In this document: one piece after another, positions 15,719-25,162 of the stretch
Numbering within the stretch: the first letter of the stretch is position 1
How the letters are laid out: each line of letters opens with the position of its first letter
Origin: Anaerolineales bacterium
GTDB lineage: Bacteria > Chloroflexota > Anaerolineae > Anaerolineales > E44-bin32
Length of the DNA stretch: 42,608 bases
Assembly: GCA_036477195.1 (NCBI GenBank)
Contig: JAZGCZ010000079.1
Location: 1 to 42,608 of the forward strand
Direction: 5' to 3'
Translations under genes and position numbers: made by a program
The notes under the pieces: model-generated
Databases searched by the model: none
Told to the model about the DNA's origin: nothing
The model's input: only the letters and a program-made list of their open reading frames with translations

Positions 15719-16420
15719 TTATAGCTGAACCGGGCGAAAGTCCGTGTTGCGATCAAAAGCGTCCATACCCTCCGACCGTTTCAAGGCATTGACGACCCAA
15801 TAGGTGAGGGGTGTTGCAAGAGCTTCGTAAGCACTCTTGACCAGCCATTGAGAAACGACGGCCGTCATGAGCGCCGAGGTCGGCAGGATGCCATAGAAGG
15901 CGGCTGTAATGAAGATCAGGGAGTCGGCGCCCTGCCCTACGATAGTCGATCCAATCGTGCGCATCCATAAGTAGCGACCCTCGGTACGCACCTTCATTTT
16001 TGCTAAGACAAATGAATTTAGAAACTCGCCGACCAGGTATGCCAGAAAGGATGCCACCAGCAGCCGCGGCGTGAAGCCCAGGATGGCTCGATAGGCCTGA
16101 TCTGCCTGCTGGGGGTTTTCATAGACACCGGCGGTCCAAAAGGACGCGGACGGGAGAACACCCGCGAGCCAGATCGCGATCACGGCCAACAGGTTGCAGC
16201 CAAATGCGATCCAAATCCCTCGGCGCGCCGCCGGATACCCATACACTTCCGTAATCACGTCCCCCACGATATAGGCAACCGGAAAGAGCACGATGGCGGC
16301 CGGCAGCGTAAGCTCGATCGCGTCGAAAAGCCGCAATGTGATCAGCCGGACGGCGATGATGTTGGAAACAACCAGGGAGGTGGCAAGCAGCGCGATGACC
16401 GCCGGATACCAGCGGCCCAT
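15719..16420 (-). CDS. yhhQ: Queuosine-precursor (preQ0/preQ1) transporter, YhhQ/DUF165 family
   Basis: Polytopic 233-aa membrane protein with LFPVAYIVGDVITEVYGY, typical of YhhQ. Its ATG directly abuts the queF stop (TAAATG). Confidence 0.8.
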   Translation of the reverse strand: MGRWYPAVIALLATSLVVSNIIAVRLITLRLFDAIELTLPAAIVLFPVAYIVGDVITEVYGYPAARRGIWIAFGCNLLAVIAIWLAGVLPSASFWTAGVYENPQQADQAYRAILGFTPRLLVASFLAYLVGEFLNSFVLAKMKVRTEGRYLWMRTIGSTIVGQGADSLIFITAAFYGILPTSALMTAVVSQWLVKSAYEALATPLTYWVVNALKRSEGMDAFDRNTDFRPVQL

Positions 16421-17236
16421 TTAGGCTGTATTTGGCGTTGCGGCGGGAGAATCCCGATTACTTGTAGCGGTTTTGGGCCGTGTGGCGGACTCAGCAGGAG
16501 CATCACGAGTACTTACCGCGGGCTTGGGCCGTGTAGCGGACTCAGCAGGAGCATCCCGAGTACTTGCCGCGGGTTTGGGCCGTGTGGCGGACTCTGCAGG
16601 AGCATCACGAGTACTTACCGCGCGCTTGGGCCGTGTAGCGGACTTAGCAGGAGCATCCCGAGTACTTGCCGCGGGTTTGGGCCGTGTGGCAGACTCACGG
16701 GAAGCATTCGGCGGCCCATGATTCGAGAGTGAGGATCCATCTCGGCTTCCGTGTTCTGCTTCTACGGTGATCCCGATCCCTCCTCGCACATTGAAGGCTC
16801 CCTGTACCCAACACCAGTGAGGTTCGAGGGCTTCCACCAGATCATCGAGGATGGTATTGGTGACGTGTTCATGAAAGACGCCCTCGTTGCGATATGACCA
16901 TAAATACAATTTGAAGGATTTGGATTCAAGGATTTTTTCGTTCGGAATGTACTCGACGGTGATCGTGGCGAAATCTGGCTGCTCGGTTGCAGGGCATACG
17001 CACGTGAATTCGTCAGTTTCCAGACGCACCACATATCGGCGTCCAGAATGATGGTTTGGAAAGGTTTCCAGCTCCTTGCTCGGACCTGTCTTGCTGCCCA
17101 GCAATGTAAGTCCCTTTAGATCGGAAACTTCTGTCACGTCGCCCTCTCCTGGAGATATTCGATTCTGTCTGAGCCCGGCGATTCGTTCTATTCCCCCATT
17201 TGCGCGATCTCCGCCTTGCCCTGTAGACTCACTCAC
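16421..17236 (-). CDS. queF: NADPH-dependent 7-cyano-7-deazaguanine (preQ0) reductase QueF (type I) with a C-terminal tandem-repeat extension
   Basis: Core is LTLLGSK...FPN...EFTCVCPATEQPDFATITVEYIPNEKILESKSFKLYLWSYRNEGVFHEH...RGGIGI, which matches B. subtilis YkvM-type QueF including the catalytic Cys and QPDFA. After ...TVEAEHG comes a ~100-aa P/A/S/T/R repeat tail. An internal GTG at 17137 (GGAGAGGG upstream) would give a canonical-length N-terminus. Confidence 0.85.
   Translation of the reverse strand: MSESTGQGGDRANGGIERIAGLRQNRISPGEGDVTEVSDLKGLTLLGSKTGPSKELETFPNHHSGRRYVVRLETDEFTCVCPATEQPDFATITVEYIPNEKILESKSFKLYLWSYRNEGVFHEHVTNTILDDLVEALEPHWCWVQGAFNVRGGIGITVEAEHGSRDGSSLSNHGPPNASRESATRPKPAASTRDAPAKSATRPKRAVSTRDAPAESATRPKPAASTRDAPAESATRPKPAVSTRDAPAESATRPKTATSNRDSPAATPNTA
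16447..16715. repeat. Intragenic tandem repeat, 51-bp unit x ~5.3 (alternating A/B units, so a 102-bp higher-order period)
   Basis: Unit starts (gggccgtgt...) at 16475, 16526, 16577, 16628 and 16679. Odd and even units differ at the same few positions (tgtGgcgg/atcAcgag/ttAccgcg versus tgtAgcgg/atcCcgag/ttGccgcg). It encodes the repeated ...STRDAPAESATRPKPA(A/V)... at the QueF C-terminus. Confidence 0.9.
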
Positions 17237-17301
17237 CGGCCAATTGTATCAGCGGCCTGAGCCCTGCTAAAAGTAAGGCCAGGCCGCAAAACCCACTGAA
17301 A

Positions 17302-17679
17302 ATGAATTCTCATGCGCCTCGCGTCCTGGTTGTGGACGACGACGACTCCTACTGCACTATTATTCGCGAGCTGTTAATTCGTAATGGTTATGATGTTCGC
17401 CTTGCCTACAGCGTCGATGAAGCGATGAGCTTGCTGCAAGAAGAAACCCCAGATCTGATTCTCACCGATCTCATGATGCCTGAAGTGGACGGCATAACGT
17501 TTATCCGACAGCTGCGCGCCACACCACCACACTCGGGAATCCCTACGATTGTTGTCAGCGCGCTGGTATTGGCTCGGGAGCGGACCGCGGCAGCACAGGC
17601 GGGCGCAGACGCCTTCGTAGCCAAACCCTTCTCGATCAGCCAATTGCAGGCGACAATTCAGGAGGTCGTCGGCCAATAG
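17302..17679 (+). CDS. Single-domain response regulator (CheY-like receiver)
   Basis: 125 aa. VLVVDDDD acidic pocket, phospho-acceptor LILTDLMMPEVDG, conserved VSA and K (AFVAKPF). Confidence 0.85.
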   Translation: MNSHAPRVLVVDDDDSYCTIIRELLIRNGYDVRLAYSVDEAMSLLQEETPDLILTDLMMPEVDGITFIRQLRATPPHSGIPTIVVSALVLARERTAAAQAGADAFVAKPFSISQLQATIQEVVGQ

Positions 17680-17814
17680 ATAAGCTTTTGGATCAGAATC
17701 CAAATGGCCGCCCCAGGGCTATCCCCGCTCAATTCATAACTCTACAAACGCAAAGCGGCTGTCTCCTGGTGCTTTTGAGATAACCCCATTTTTTCTTGTG
17801 GTTGAACCTGGGTT

Positions 17815-19161
17815 CTATCCATACAACAGATCACGAATCGCGTGCACCTGCCGACGGAGTCCATCGTCACGTTCAATCAGATCCGAGATACGGTCATGGC
17901 CATACATAACGGTCGTATGATCCCTGCCTCCAAGTGCTTGGCCGATCTTCGGTAGGGAAGTCTCGGTTTCTTCCCGGATGAGATACATAGCCACCTGGCG
18001 CGGCAACGCGATCTGCCGAGTTCGGCGGCGACCGAGCAGGTCCTCCTCCGGTATCTGATATTGCTGCGCAACGGCTGAAATAATGCGGTTGGGCGTCATG
18101 GCTGCCGAGCGAGGCGCCACATCGGTTAAGGCTGCTTCAATCGTCGCCTCGCTCAGTAATGCTCCCGTTAGGTCGGTATAGGCCAGCACACGGGTCAACG
18201 CCCCCTCCAACTCGCGAATATTCCGCTGTGCCCTCCGGGCAATCAGTTCCAGGTGCTCTTGCGATACGTGCCGCCCCTCTCGCCCCGCTCTTGCCCGCAG
18301 GATAGCGATTTTGGTCTCGAGGTCCGGAGGTTGGATGTCCGCTGCCAGTCCCCATTCAAATCGGGACCGGAGCCGTTCCTCTAGAGTGACGAACGCTTTG
18401 GGCGGTCGGTCCGAGGATAGAACGACCTGTCGCTCCTGCCCATGCAAGGCATTGAAGGTATGAAAGAATTCTTCTTGAGTAGACTCCTTGCCTGCGATGA
18501 ACTGCACGTCATCGACCAACAAAATATCTGCCTGACGATATCGCTCTCGAAATTCGGCGGTGCTGTGAGAGCGGATGGCTTCGATCAGATCGTTGGTAAA
18601 TTCCTCCGAGGAAACATACACCGCCTTGCGTCCAGCCGCGATGCTGGCTCGAGCGATGGCATGCAGTAGATGGGTCTTTCCAAGGCCCACTCCCCCATAT
18701 AAGAACAGCGGATTGTAGGGGCCAGCTGGATGCTCTGTCACCGCAACTGCTGCGGCATGCGCCAGCCGATTGCTTTTTCCCACCACGAAGGTCTCAAATG
18801 TGTATTTTGGATTCAAGTAGTGGGCAGCAGCGGCTGGCTCATGGATGGGATCAAGTTTGGTGCTCCGCAACTGATCCACCGCTTGCTCGGGGGCCGCAAT
18901 CGTGCTCAAAGCCTGCGGTTGCCAGACAACAAACCTTACGTCGACCGTTCGGCCCGCGATGCCGCCGAGAACCTGTTTGATTGTCGGCCGTAGCCGATCG
19001 TCCAGCCAATCCCGAGCGAATGCGTTCCTTACTCCAATGACAAACTCGCCGTCCTCATAGCTCAACAGCTCCGCATCGCGGATCCAGGTTTCAAATTTGG
19101 CGCGTGGCATCTCAACTTGCAGCTGCCCCAAGGCCGCCTGCCAGAGTCGTTCCGCCTGCAT
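17815..19161 (-). CDS. dnaA: Chromosomal replication initiator protein DnaA
   Basis: Walker [11 protein letters not shown], Walker B LLVDDVQF, sensor and DnaA-signature region, and C-terminal HTH (...[23 protein letters not shown]). Preferred start is ATG 19161 ([14 protein letters not shown]...) with GGAGG upstream. The ORF track start at 19242 is probably an over-extension. Confidence 0.95.
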   Translation of the reverse strand: MQAERLWQAALGQLQVEMPRAKFETWIRDAELLSYEDGEFVIGVRNAFARDWLDDRLRPTIKQVLGGIAGRTVDVRFVVWQPQALSTIAAPEQAVDQLRSTKLDPIHEPAAAAHYLNPKYTFETFVVGKSNRLAHAAAVAVTEHPAGPYNPLFLYGGVGLGKTHLLHAIARASIAAGRKAVYVSSEEFTNDLIEAIRSHSTAEFRERYRQADILLVDDVQFIAGKESTQEEFFHTFNALHGQERQVVLSSDRPPKAFVTLEERLRSRFEWGLAADIQPPDLETKIAILRARAGREGRHVSQEHLELIARRAQRNIRELEGALTRVLAYTDLTGALLSEATIEAALTDVAPRSAAMTPNRIISAVAQQYQIPEEDLLGRRRTRQIALPRQVAMYLIREETETSLPKIGQALGGRDHTTVMYGHDRISDLIERDDGLRRQVHAIRDLLYG

Positions 19162-19268
19162 CCCAACCTCCGTGGAAATTTTGTTTTCTTCTAATGTACG
19201 TTCGGGTTTAGTTCCTGGAGAGGATCTGTCCCGCGCGACCAAGTTCGTCCCCCTGGCTCGCGGTTCGC

Positions 19269-19297
19269 ATTCTAGCAGAAGGGTATGCCACTATCAA
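19269..19297 (-). promoter_or_regulatory. Putative sigma70-type promoter for dnaA
   Basis: On the minus strand: TTGATA (19297-19292), 17-nt spacer, TAGAAT (19274-19269). This leaves a ~100-nt leader. Confidence 0.4.
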
Positions 19298-19320
19298 TAC
19301 TTGCAGCCCCCTCTAACCTA

Positions 19321-19358
19321 AAAAAATTCGAATCTTTAAGAACTCGCATTCTTAAGGA
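19321..19358 (-). terminator. Possible intrinsic terminator downstream of radA and the small ORF
   Basis: Inverted repeat tctttaagaa/ttcttaagga (9 of 10 complementary, 6-nt loop) at 19333-19358. On the minus strand a T7 run follows after 5 nt (plus-strand aaaaaaa at 19321-19327). The stem is AT-rich and the spacer to the T-run is long. Confidence 0.3.
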
Positions 19359-19375
19359 AAGCCGGAGGGATTAAT

Positions 19376-19564
19376 TCACCGATGACAGGCGGGCCACCCA
19401 ATACTAGCCCAATATGGCGAGCTAACATGATGACACTCCGCCAGATGTTCGGTAATCTTCAGCTTGCGGGCGACATTGTTCAGGCTGCGCCCAAACCTTA
19501 AGGAATGATTGCCGCGTCGACGGGGCTCAGACCCACGAGTGAGATTCCAATCTGAAGCATTCAT
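19376..19564 (-). CDS. Doubtful 62-aa ORF with a sigma70 region-4-like HTH fragment
   Basis: ..HSLRFGRSLNNVARKLKITEHLAE.. loosely resembles the LRFGL...TLEE(V/I)...(V/I)TRERIRQ pattern of sigma factor region 4. There is no N-terminal sigma domain. It may be a remnant or spurious. Confidence 0.2.
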   Translation of the reverse strand: MNASDWNLTRGSEPRRRGNHSLRFGRSLNNVARKLKITEHLAECHHVSSPYWASIGWPACHR

Positions 19565-19623
19565 CAGCGCCGAATCGGGCGATTCGTCAAAGTCGTAGGA
19601 TTGAGCGCTCGCGCTTTGGCCGA

Positions 19624-20988
19624 TCAGGCCTTGATGGCGAAGGCAAGTGCCTCCGAAAGACCCACCATCTCATGAAGCTTCAGCTCCGATGGCAGATCTA
19701 CTCCGCGCTCCGCGCGCTTGGGCAACACAACCGATGAGAAGCCAAGCTTGACTGCTTCGCGCAGGCGCGGCTCGAGGTTGGGCACGCGCCTGAGTTCGCC
19801 TGAAAGTCCGATCTCACCAATCAATGCCAGGTCAGGGGGCAGCGCTCGGTCGCGAGCCGAGGAGGCGATGGCGGCTGCCAGCGCGAGATCAGCCGCAGGT
19901 TCCTTGACCTGCAGACCTCCCACGACATTGATGAAGATGTCTTGATCCGAAAGCTGAATGCCGACCCGACGCGTGAGCACGGCGGTGATGATCAGCAATC
20001 TGTTGGTGTCTACTCCATTGGCTGTTCGCCGAGGGTGGCCGAAGGAAGTGGGGCTGGTTAGACCTTGCACCTCCACAAGCAGCGGTCGGGAACCCTCCAT
20101 GGTGACCGCGATTGCTGAGCCCGGAGCATCGCTTCGCCTCTCCGCAAGGAATGCTTCAGAGGGATTGGCAACCTCCTCCATCCCCGACGAGCCCATCTTA
20201 AACACGCCAACCTCTGTCGTGGCTCCGTACCGATTCTTCACGGATCTCAGCAGCCGATAGGAATGGTAGGGATCGCCTTCCAGGTAAAGTACGGTATCGA
20301 CCAAGTGTTCAAGCACCCGCGGACCGGCGATTGCTCCTTCCTTGGTGACGTGGCCAATGAGGAAAATGGCTACGCCCGAGGATTTGGCGACCGCCTGCAA
20401 GCGCAGAGCGCATTCTCGTATTTGAGAGATTGAGCCGGCAGCCGATTCGATGTCTGCAGAATGAACCGACTGGATCGAATCGATGATGGCTAACCTGGGC
20501 GCCACGTTTTCAATCTGTCCGACGACGCGATCCACATCCGTCTCTGTCGCCAGGTACAAATTCTCCGCTGGCGGAGTCCCATTGGAAACACGCAGCGCTC
20601 GAGATTTGATCTGCGCTACCGACTCCTCGCCAGAGACGTAAAGAACGGGGCCAGTAGCTGCCACCTCGGCACTGATCTGCAGCAGCAGCGTGGACTTTCC
20701 GATCCCCGGATCGCCGCCAATCAACACCAGCGATCCAGGAACCACACCTCCACCCAGCACACGCGCGAACTCAGCATTTTCGAGTGGGAGCCTATCATCG
20801 GCGCCGACCTCTATCTCGGTCAGTCTCTGTGGAGCCTGGCCGAATGTTGGAGAAGCCGAAGCGCGGCTCGAGCTTTGCACCTCTTCCACCATGCTGTTCC
20901 ACTCACCGCATTGCGGGCATCGGCCCAGCGGCTTGGCTGCCGTGCGTCCGCATTGCTGGCAGACAAATTGGGTTCTGGTCTTAGCCAT
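19624..20988 (-). CDS. radA: DNA repair protein RadA/Sms
   Basis: N-terminal zinc ribbon CQQCG..CPQCGEW, Walker A GGDPGIGKST, KNRYG (KNRFG motif), and a Lon-protease-like C-terminal domain. Confidence 0.95.
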   Translation of the reverse strand: MAKTRTQFVCQQCGRTAAKPLGRCPQCGEWNSMVEEVQSSSRASASPTFGQAPQRLTEIEVGADDRLPLENAEFARVLGGGVVPGSLVLIGGDPGIGKSTLLLQISAEVAATGPVLYVSGEESVAQIKSRALRVSNGTPPAENLYLATETDVDRVVGQIENVAPRLAIIDSIQSVHSADIESAAGSISQIRECALRLQAVAKSSGVAIFLIGHVTKEGAIAGPRVLEHLVDTVLYLEGDPYHSYRLLRSVKNRYGATTEVGVFKMGSSGMEEVANPSEAFLAERRSDAPGSAIAVTMEGSRPLLVEVQGLTSPTSFGHPRRTANGVDTNRLLIITAVLTRRVGIQLSDQDIFINVVGGLQVKEPAADLALAAAIASSARDRALPPDLALIGEIGLSGELRRVPNLEPRLREAVKLGFSSVVLPKRAERGVDLPSELKLHEMVGLSEALAFAIKA

Positions 20989-21239
20989 TCTCGAGTAGTG
21001 CCTCTCGTGTGGAGAACTGGATTATATCCAACAGGGATTTCGTGAAAGCTCGACGCTTATCCCCTGTGCTTGACATCTCCCGGCGCTCGTTTGCAGAAGC
21101 AGGTCGCACTGCAGATTCAATTCAAGAGCGCATCATCCCGTCTAATCTGCCCCAATCCACAGCTAAAGTCGAGACTATGTCTCTATTCTTCCAATCCGAC
21201 CTCTAGCTTCTCTATAATGAGTGCTCGGAGGAAGTCTGT

Positions 21240-22457
21240 ATGTCAATCCTATCTGATTACACACAATTCGATGGACGGCACTGGGAAACTGGATCCGTTC
21301 ACAATGTTTTTGCCTATCAGGGGATAGAAATCCCTGAAACGGGGCAGCCAATCTCTGAAGCAATGTTGATGGGGATTAGCGGGGGCGCTGCGTTTGGGTA
21401 CTTCATCTTCGAATATGAGGGGTTGGACCCGTACGTGTCTTTGCTTTCCCGAAACACCTTTGACCCTCTGGATACGCTGTTGGAGCGACTTGCGATTCCT
21501 CAGGATCTCTTCCATACCGCCGATCCCAGCAAGGGTGTGCGCAATCTGATCGATGTGATCGAGGGCGGTCGCCCGGCTATCGTTTGGGCGGATGTATTTG
21601 GCCTGCCGTACAACTCCCTCTCGTATGATGAGCAGATGTGGGCCATGTTCCCTATCGTTGTCCACGGGTACGCGGACGGAGAGGTCCATATCGCGGACCG
21701 TTCGAGCCAGTCGCTCCAAATCACTGAGGCAGAATTGGCAACCGCCAGGGCTCGAGTTAAGAAGGACAAATACCGCGTACTGGCCTTGGGCGCACCCGAT
21801 TTGAGCAAGCTACCGGGCGCCATACAGAAGGGAATCTGGCAATGCATTGCGCTCTACACCGAAGCGCCCCCGAAGGGCGGACGTGATAACTTCGGCTTCG
21901 CGGCCTATGACAAGTGGGCAAAGATGCTGACCAATACGCGTAACAAACGAAGCTGGGCGCGGCTGTTGGCTCCCGGAAGCAAATTGTTTGCAGCGCTGGC
22001 AGGAGTCGGATATCAGCAAGGGGCGTTTGGATGGGCTCGCACATTCCCCTCCAACCAGGTCGATGATCGAAGGCTGTATGCCGATTTCCTGAATGAGGCC
22101 GCATTGATCCTCAAGAGGCCAGAGCTCAAGGTGGCGGGTGAGCAGTTCATAGCGAGCAGCAACGCCTGGCTCAATCTGTCTGAGGCGGCGCTTCCCGATG
22201 AAGTCCCTCTTCTAAGGGAAGCGAAGGGGCTGCTGCTTTTGAAACAGGATCTCTTTCTCAACAAGGGAAGCCGCGCTCTGGATGAGATAACGAAGGCGGA
22301 TGCGCGGTTGTCCGAGATTTACTCGCTAGCTGCGGCTGAATTTCCGATGTCGGATAAGGAAGTTGCAAGCATGCGAGAGGGGCTCGCAGAACACGTGATG
22401 AATATTTCCAAGGTCGAACACGAGGCTATCGAATTGCTCCAGGCCGCTATAGCGTAG
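21240..22457 (+). CDS. BtrH-N-like (papain/C39-like fold) plus DUF4872-type protein
   Basis: The N-terminus ..FDGRHWETGSVHNVFAYQGI...ISEAMLMGISGGAAFGYF.. resembles the BtrH N-terminal domain family. Called from memory of the motif pattern only. TATAAT at 21215-21220 and GGAGGA lie upstream of the ATG. Confidence 0.6.
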   Translation: MSILSDYTQFDGRHWETGSVHNVFAYQGIEIPETGQPISEAMLMGISGGAAFGYFIFEYEGLDPYVSLLSRNTFDPLDTLLERLAIPQDLFHTADPSKGVRNLIDVIEGGRPAIVWADVFGLPYNSLSYDEQMWAMFPIVVHGYADGEVHIADRSSQSLQITEAELATARARVKKDKYRVLALGAPDLSKLPGAIQKGIWQCIALYTEAPPKGGRDNFGFAAYDKWAKMLTNTRNKRSWARLLAPGSKLFAALAGVGYQQGAFGWARTFPSNQVDDRRLYADFLNEAALILKRPELKVAGEQFIASSNAWLNLSEAALPDEVPLLREAKGLLLLKQDLFLNKGSRALDEITKADARLSEIYSLAAAEFPMSDKEVASMREGLAEHVMNISKVEHEAIELLQAAIA

Positions 22458-22537
22458 TTCCGATCCCCTCAGCCTGATCGTATTCAAGAAAGCTATTCTG
22501 TCGTCAGAATGCAGTGCTCTCGAGCGTATGTAAATTC

Positions 22538-22563
22538 AAAAAAAAGCTGCCCATATAGGCAGC
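22538..22563 (-). terminator. Rho-independent terminator of clpC
   Basis: On the minus strand: GCTGCC-tatatg-GGCAGC hairpin (22563-22546) followed by T8 (plus-strand A8 at 22538-22545), about 27 nt after the clpC stop. Confidence 0.7.
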
Positions 22564-22590
22564 CGATTTCTGTTTGGATCGAGCCGCAGT

Positions 22591-25080
22591 TCAGCCGGCG
22601 GCGAGAATCTCACCTTCCTCTTCTGGTTCCGGGGACCCGTGTGTGAGAAACAGCTCGTCATCGGCTACGTCCACCAGAACGGTGTCGCCGTCCTGAAATT
22701 CACCCGTTAGCAGCGCATCCGACAATACATCCTCCACTTTGGCCTGAATCACGCGTTTAAGCGGACGGGCCCCCATCTCTGGTTCATAGCCCAATACGGC
22801 CAACCGCTCCCGTGCTTCGTCCGTCGCGCGTAACTTCAGATTGTGATCTTCGAGCCGCAGAGCTACTTTGGCCATCTCCAGATCCACGATGGCTTTGATC
22901 TGCTCCATGCTGAGCGCATGGAAAACAATCACCGAGTCGACGCGATTGATGAATTCGGGTCGGAACTCCTTCTTAAGCTCTTCAGTTAGGCGGCGGTGCA
23001 TTTCATCGTATGCTAGCTGCCCCTCCAGCTCATCATCGAGCTCAGTCGAAAAACCCAACCGAGTCTGTTTCATGATCAATTCTGCGCCCAGGTTCGAAGT
23101 CATTACGATCAGAGCATGGCGGAAATCTACCTTCCGCCCTCGCGCATCAGTCAGTTGGCCCTCTTCCATGATTTGCAAGAGCATGTTGTGGGCTTCGTTG
23201 TGCGCCTTTTCGATCTCATCAAACACAATAATGGAATAAGGTCGCCTACGGATGGCTTCCGTCAGCTGTCCCGCGTCATCATATCCGACGTAACCGGGCG
23301 GAGCACCAACCAGGCGGCTGATCGAGTGACGCTCCATAAACTCAGACATATCGATTTGAACAAGTGCTTCTTCGCTGCCGAATAAAAATTCAGCTAGCGC
23401 CTTCGTCAGCTCCGTCTTGCCGACTCCGGTCGGGCCAAGAAACACAAAGGATCCGACGGGACGCTTGGGATCCTTAAGCCCTGCGCGCGCCCTTCGCACT
23501 GCCTTGGCGATGGCCTCAATTGCCTCATCCTGGCCAATTATCCGCTCGTGGAGTGCGTCTTCCATTTGCAGCAAGCGCTCTGATTCCTCTTGGGCAATTT
23601 GCATCACCGGTACGCCGGTCCACATAGAAACAACTTCGGCGATATCTTCCGCGGTTACCTTAGGGCTGTCCTCGTTGCGCTCCCAGCCAATGCGCAGCTG
23701 GGCCATTTTGTCTTCGAGCTCCGCCTCGCGGTCCATCAGTTCCTGAGCGTCGTCATAGCGCGCTTCTTCCATGGCGATCTTATGAGCATTCCGCGTTTCA
23801 CGCAGTTCGCGCGTGGCTTCCTGCATCGAGCGTGCGGCGGGGCTCTTATACATACGCACCCTGGAGGCCGACTCGTCGATGAGATCGATGGCCTTATCGG
23901 GCAAGAAGCGATCCGGTACGTATCTGGCGGAGAGGTGAGTAGCGGCCTCTAACGCTTCATCGGTAATGATTAGCTTGTGATGGTTCTCATACGGCGCCCG
24001 AATGCCGCGTAGTATCTCGATCGTCTCCTCGACGGTGGGCTCATCAACAAATACCGGCTGGAAGCGACGCTCAAGAGCGGAATCGCTCTCAATGTACTTA
24101 CGGTACTCATCCTGCGTTGTGGCCCCAATCACCTGCAGCTCGCCACGCGATAGGGCCGGTTTCAATATGTTCGCGGCGTCCACGGATGAGCCTGCAGAGC
24201 CTGCGCCTACCAGCATGTGAACTTCGTCGATAAATAATATTGCTCCAGACGATTTCAACTCATCGATGACCCGCTTGAGTCGCTCCTCAAACTGGCCACG
24301 ATACATGGTTCCCGCTACAAGCGAGCCAACGTCCAACTGGAGCACGCGCTTACCTAGAAGCGGCTCGGGTGTCTCACCGTCGACAATACGCTGGGCGAGT
24401 CCCTCTGCAATGGCCGTTTTCCCAACGCCCGGATCACCAATCAATGCAGGGTTGTTCTTCGTGCGCCTGGCAAGGATTTGGATGACTCGCTCGATCTCCA
24501 TCTGGCGGCCGATTACCGGATCCAGCTTGCCTTCTTCTGCCATTCCGGTCAGATCAGTCGCAAGCTGATCGATCATGGGCGTCTTGACTTTCTGTTCTTT
24601 GCGCTCTCGACTGGAAGTCCGGCCCGGGTGCCGGGTGGGGGTTTCCTGAAGCGCCCTACGCGTCTGGCGGCGAATTTGTTCTGGGGTGATTCCGAGCCTG
24701 CGGAGCACATCCATGCCCACACCCTCACCCTGTCGGACCATTCCAAGCAGTAGGTGTTCGGTTCCGATGTAGTGGTGCCCCATGCGCCGGGCCTCTTCGA
24801 TGCCCATCTGGAGCACTTGCTCGGTTCCAGGAGCCAATTCGATGCGGCTGCTTGGATTTCGTCCGACGCCCGTCAGCCGTTCGACCATCTCTTTGACGCG
24901 AGCTGGATCCAATCCGAGGTCGCGCAAGACGCGCCCGGCGATCCCACCCTCTTCTCGGATCAATCCAAGAAGCAGATGTTCGGTGCCGATATAGTTATGA
25001 TGCAAGCGCTCAGCCTCCTCGTGCGCTAGGCTGAGCACCCTTCTCGCCCGTTGTGTGAAGCGTTCCATCTTATCGGCCAA
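22591..25080 (-). CDS. clpC: ATP-dependent Clp protease ATP-binding subunit ClpC
   Basis: Two Clp_N repeats (FTQRARRVL..; [12 protein letters not shown] twice), AAA-1 GDPGVGKTA, a middle coiled-coil/UVR-like region, AAA-2 GPTGVGKTE, and a ClpB_D2-small tail. Start is TTG 25080 (GGGGAG upstream) or ATG 25068. Confidence 0.95.
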   Translation of the reverse strand: MADKMERFTQRARRVLSLAHEEAERLHHNYIGTEHLLLGLIREEGGIAGRVLRDLGLDPARVKEMVERLTGVGRNPSSRIELAPGTEQVLQMGIEEARRMGHHYIGTEHLLLGMVRQGEGVGMDVLRRLGITPEQIRRQTRRALQETPTRHPGRTSSRERKEQKVKTPMIDQLATDLTGMAEEGKLDPVIGRQMEIERVIQILARRTKNNPALIGDPGVGKTAIAEGLAQRIVDGETPEPLLGKRVLQLDVGSLVAGTMYRGQFEERLKRVIDELKSSGAILFIDEVHMLVGAGSAGSSVDAANILKPALSRGELQVIGATTQDEYRKYIESDSALERRFQPVFVDEPTVEETIEILRGIRAPYENHHKLIITDEALEAATHLSARYVPDRFLPDKAIDLIDESASRVRMYKSPAARSMQEATRELRETRNAHKIAMEEARYDDAQELMDREAELEDKMAQLRIGWERNEDSPKVTAEDIAEVVSMWTGVPVMQIAQEESERLLQMEDALHERIIGQDEAIEAIAKAVRRARAGLKDPKRPVGSFVFLGPTGVGKTELTKALAEFLFGSEEALVQIDMSEFMERHSISRLVGAPPGYVGYDDAGQLTEAIRRRPYSIIVFDEIEKAHNEAHNMLLQIMEEGQLTDARGRKVDFRHALIVMTSNLGAELIMKQTRLGFSTELDDELEGQLAYDEMHRRLTEELKKEFRPEFINRVDSVIVFHALSMEQIKAIVDLEMAKVALRLEDHNLKLRATDEARERLAVLGYEPEMGARPLKRVIQAKVEDVLSDALLTGEFQDGDTVLVDVADDELFLTHGSPEPEEEGEILAAG

Positions 25081-25162
25081 GATTTAGTCTCCCCGGAGTT
25101 CCATGTGCTTTCTCGATTTTACCAAAGAGTCCCGTCGGGGGCTCCGAGTCAGGATTAACGTC

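Noticed and set aside
17131-17301. Canonical preQ1-I riboswitch upstream of queF-yhhQ
   Set aside because: The minus-strand leader lacks the short P1 hairpin followed by the A-rich ...AAAAAACUA(A)GG tail typical of preQ1-I. Only generic complementarity was seen. It is kept as a low-interest finding and not annotated.
17680-19623. oriC next to dnaA
   Set aside because: I found no cluster of TTATCCACA-like boxes in either flank of dnaA. The only 8/9 matches I saw are isolated (ttatccact at 1385-1393, ttatccacc inside priA near 15355). No obvious AT-rich unwinding element lies adjacent to boxes, and dnaN is absent. oriC cannot be called from this window.
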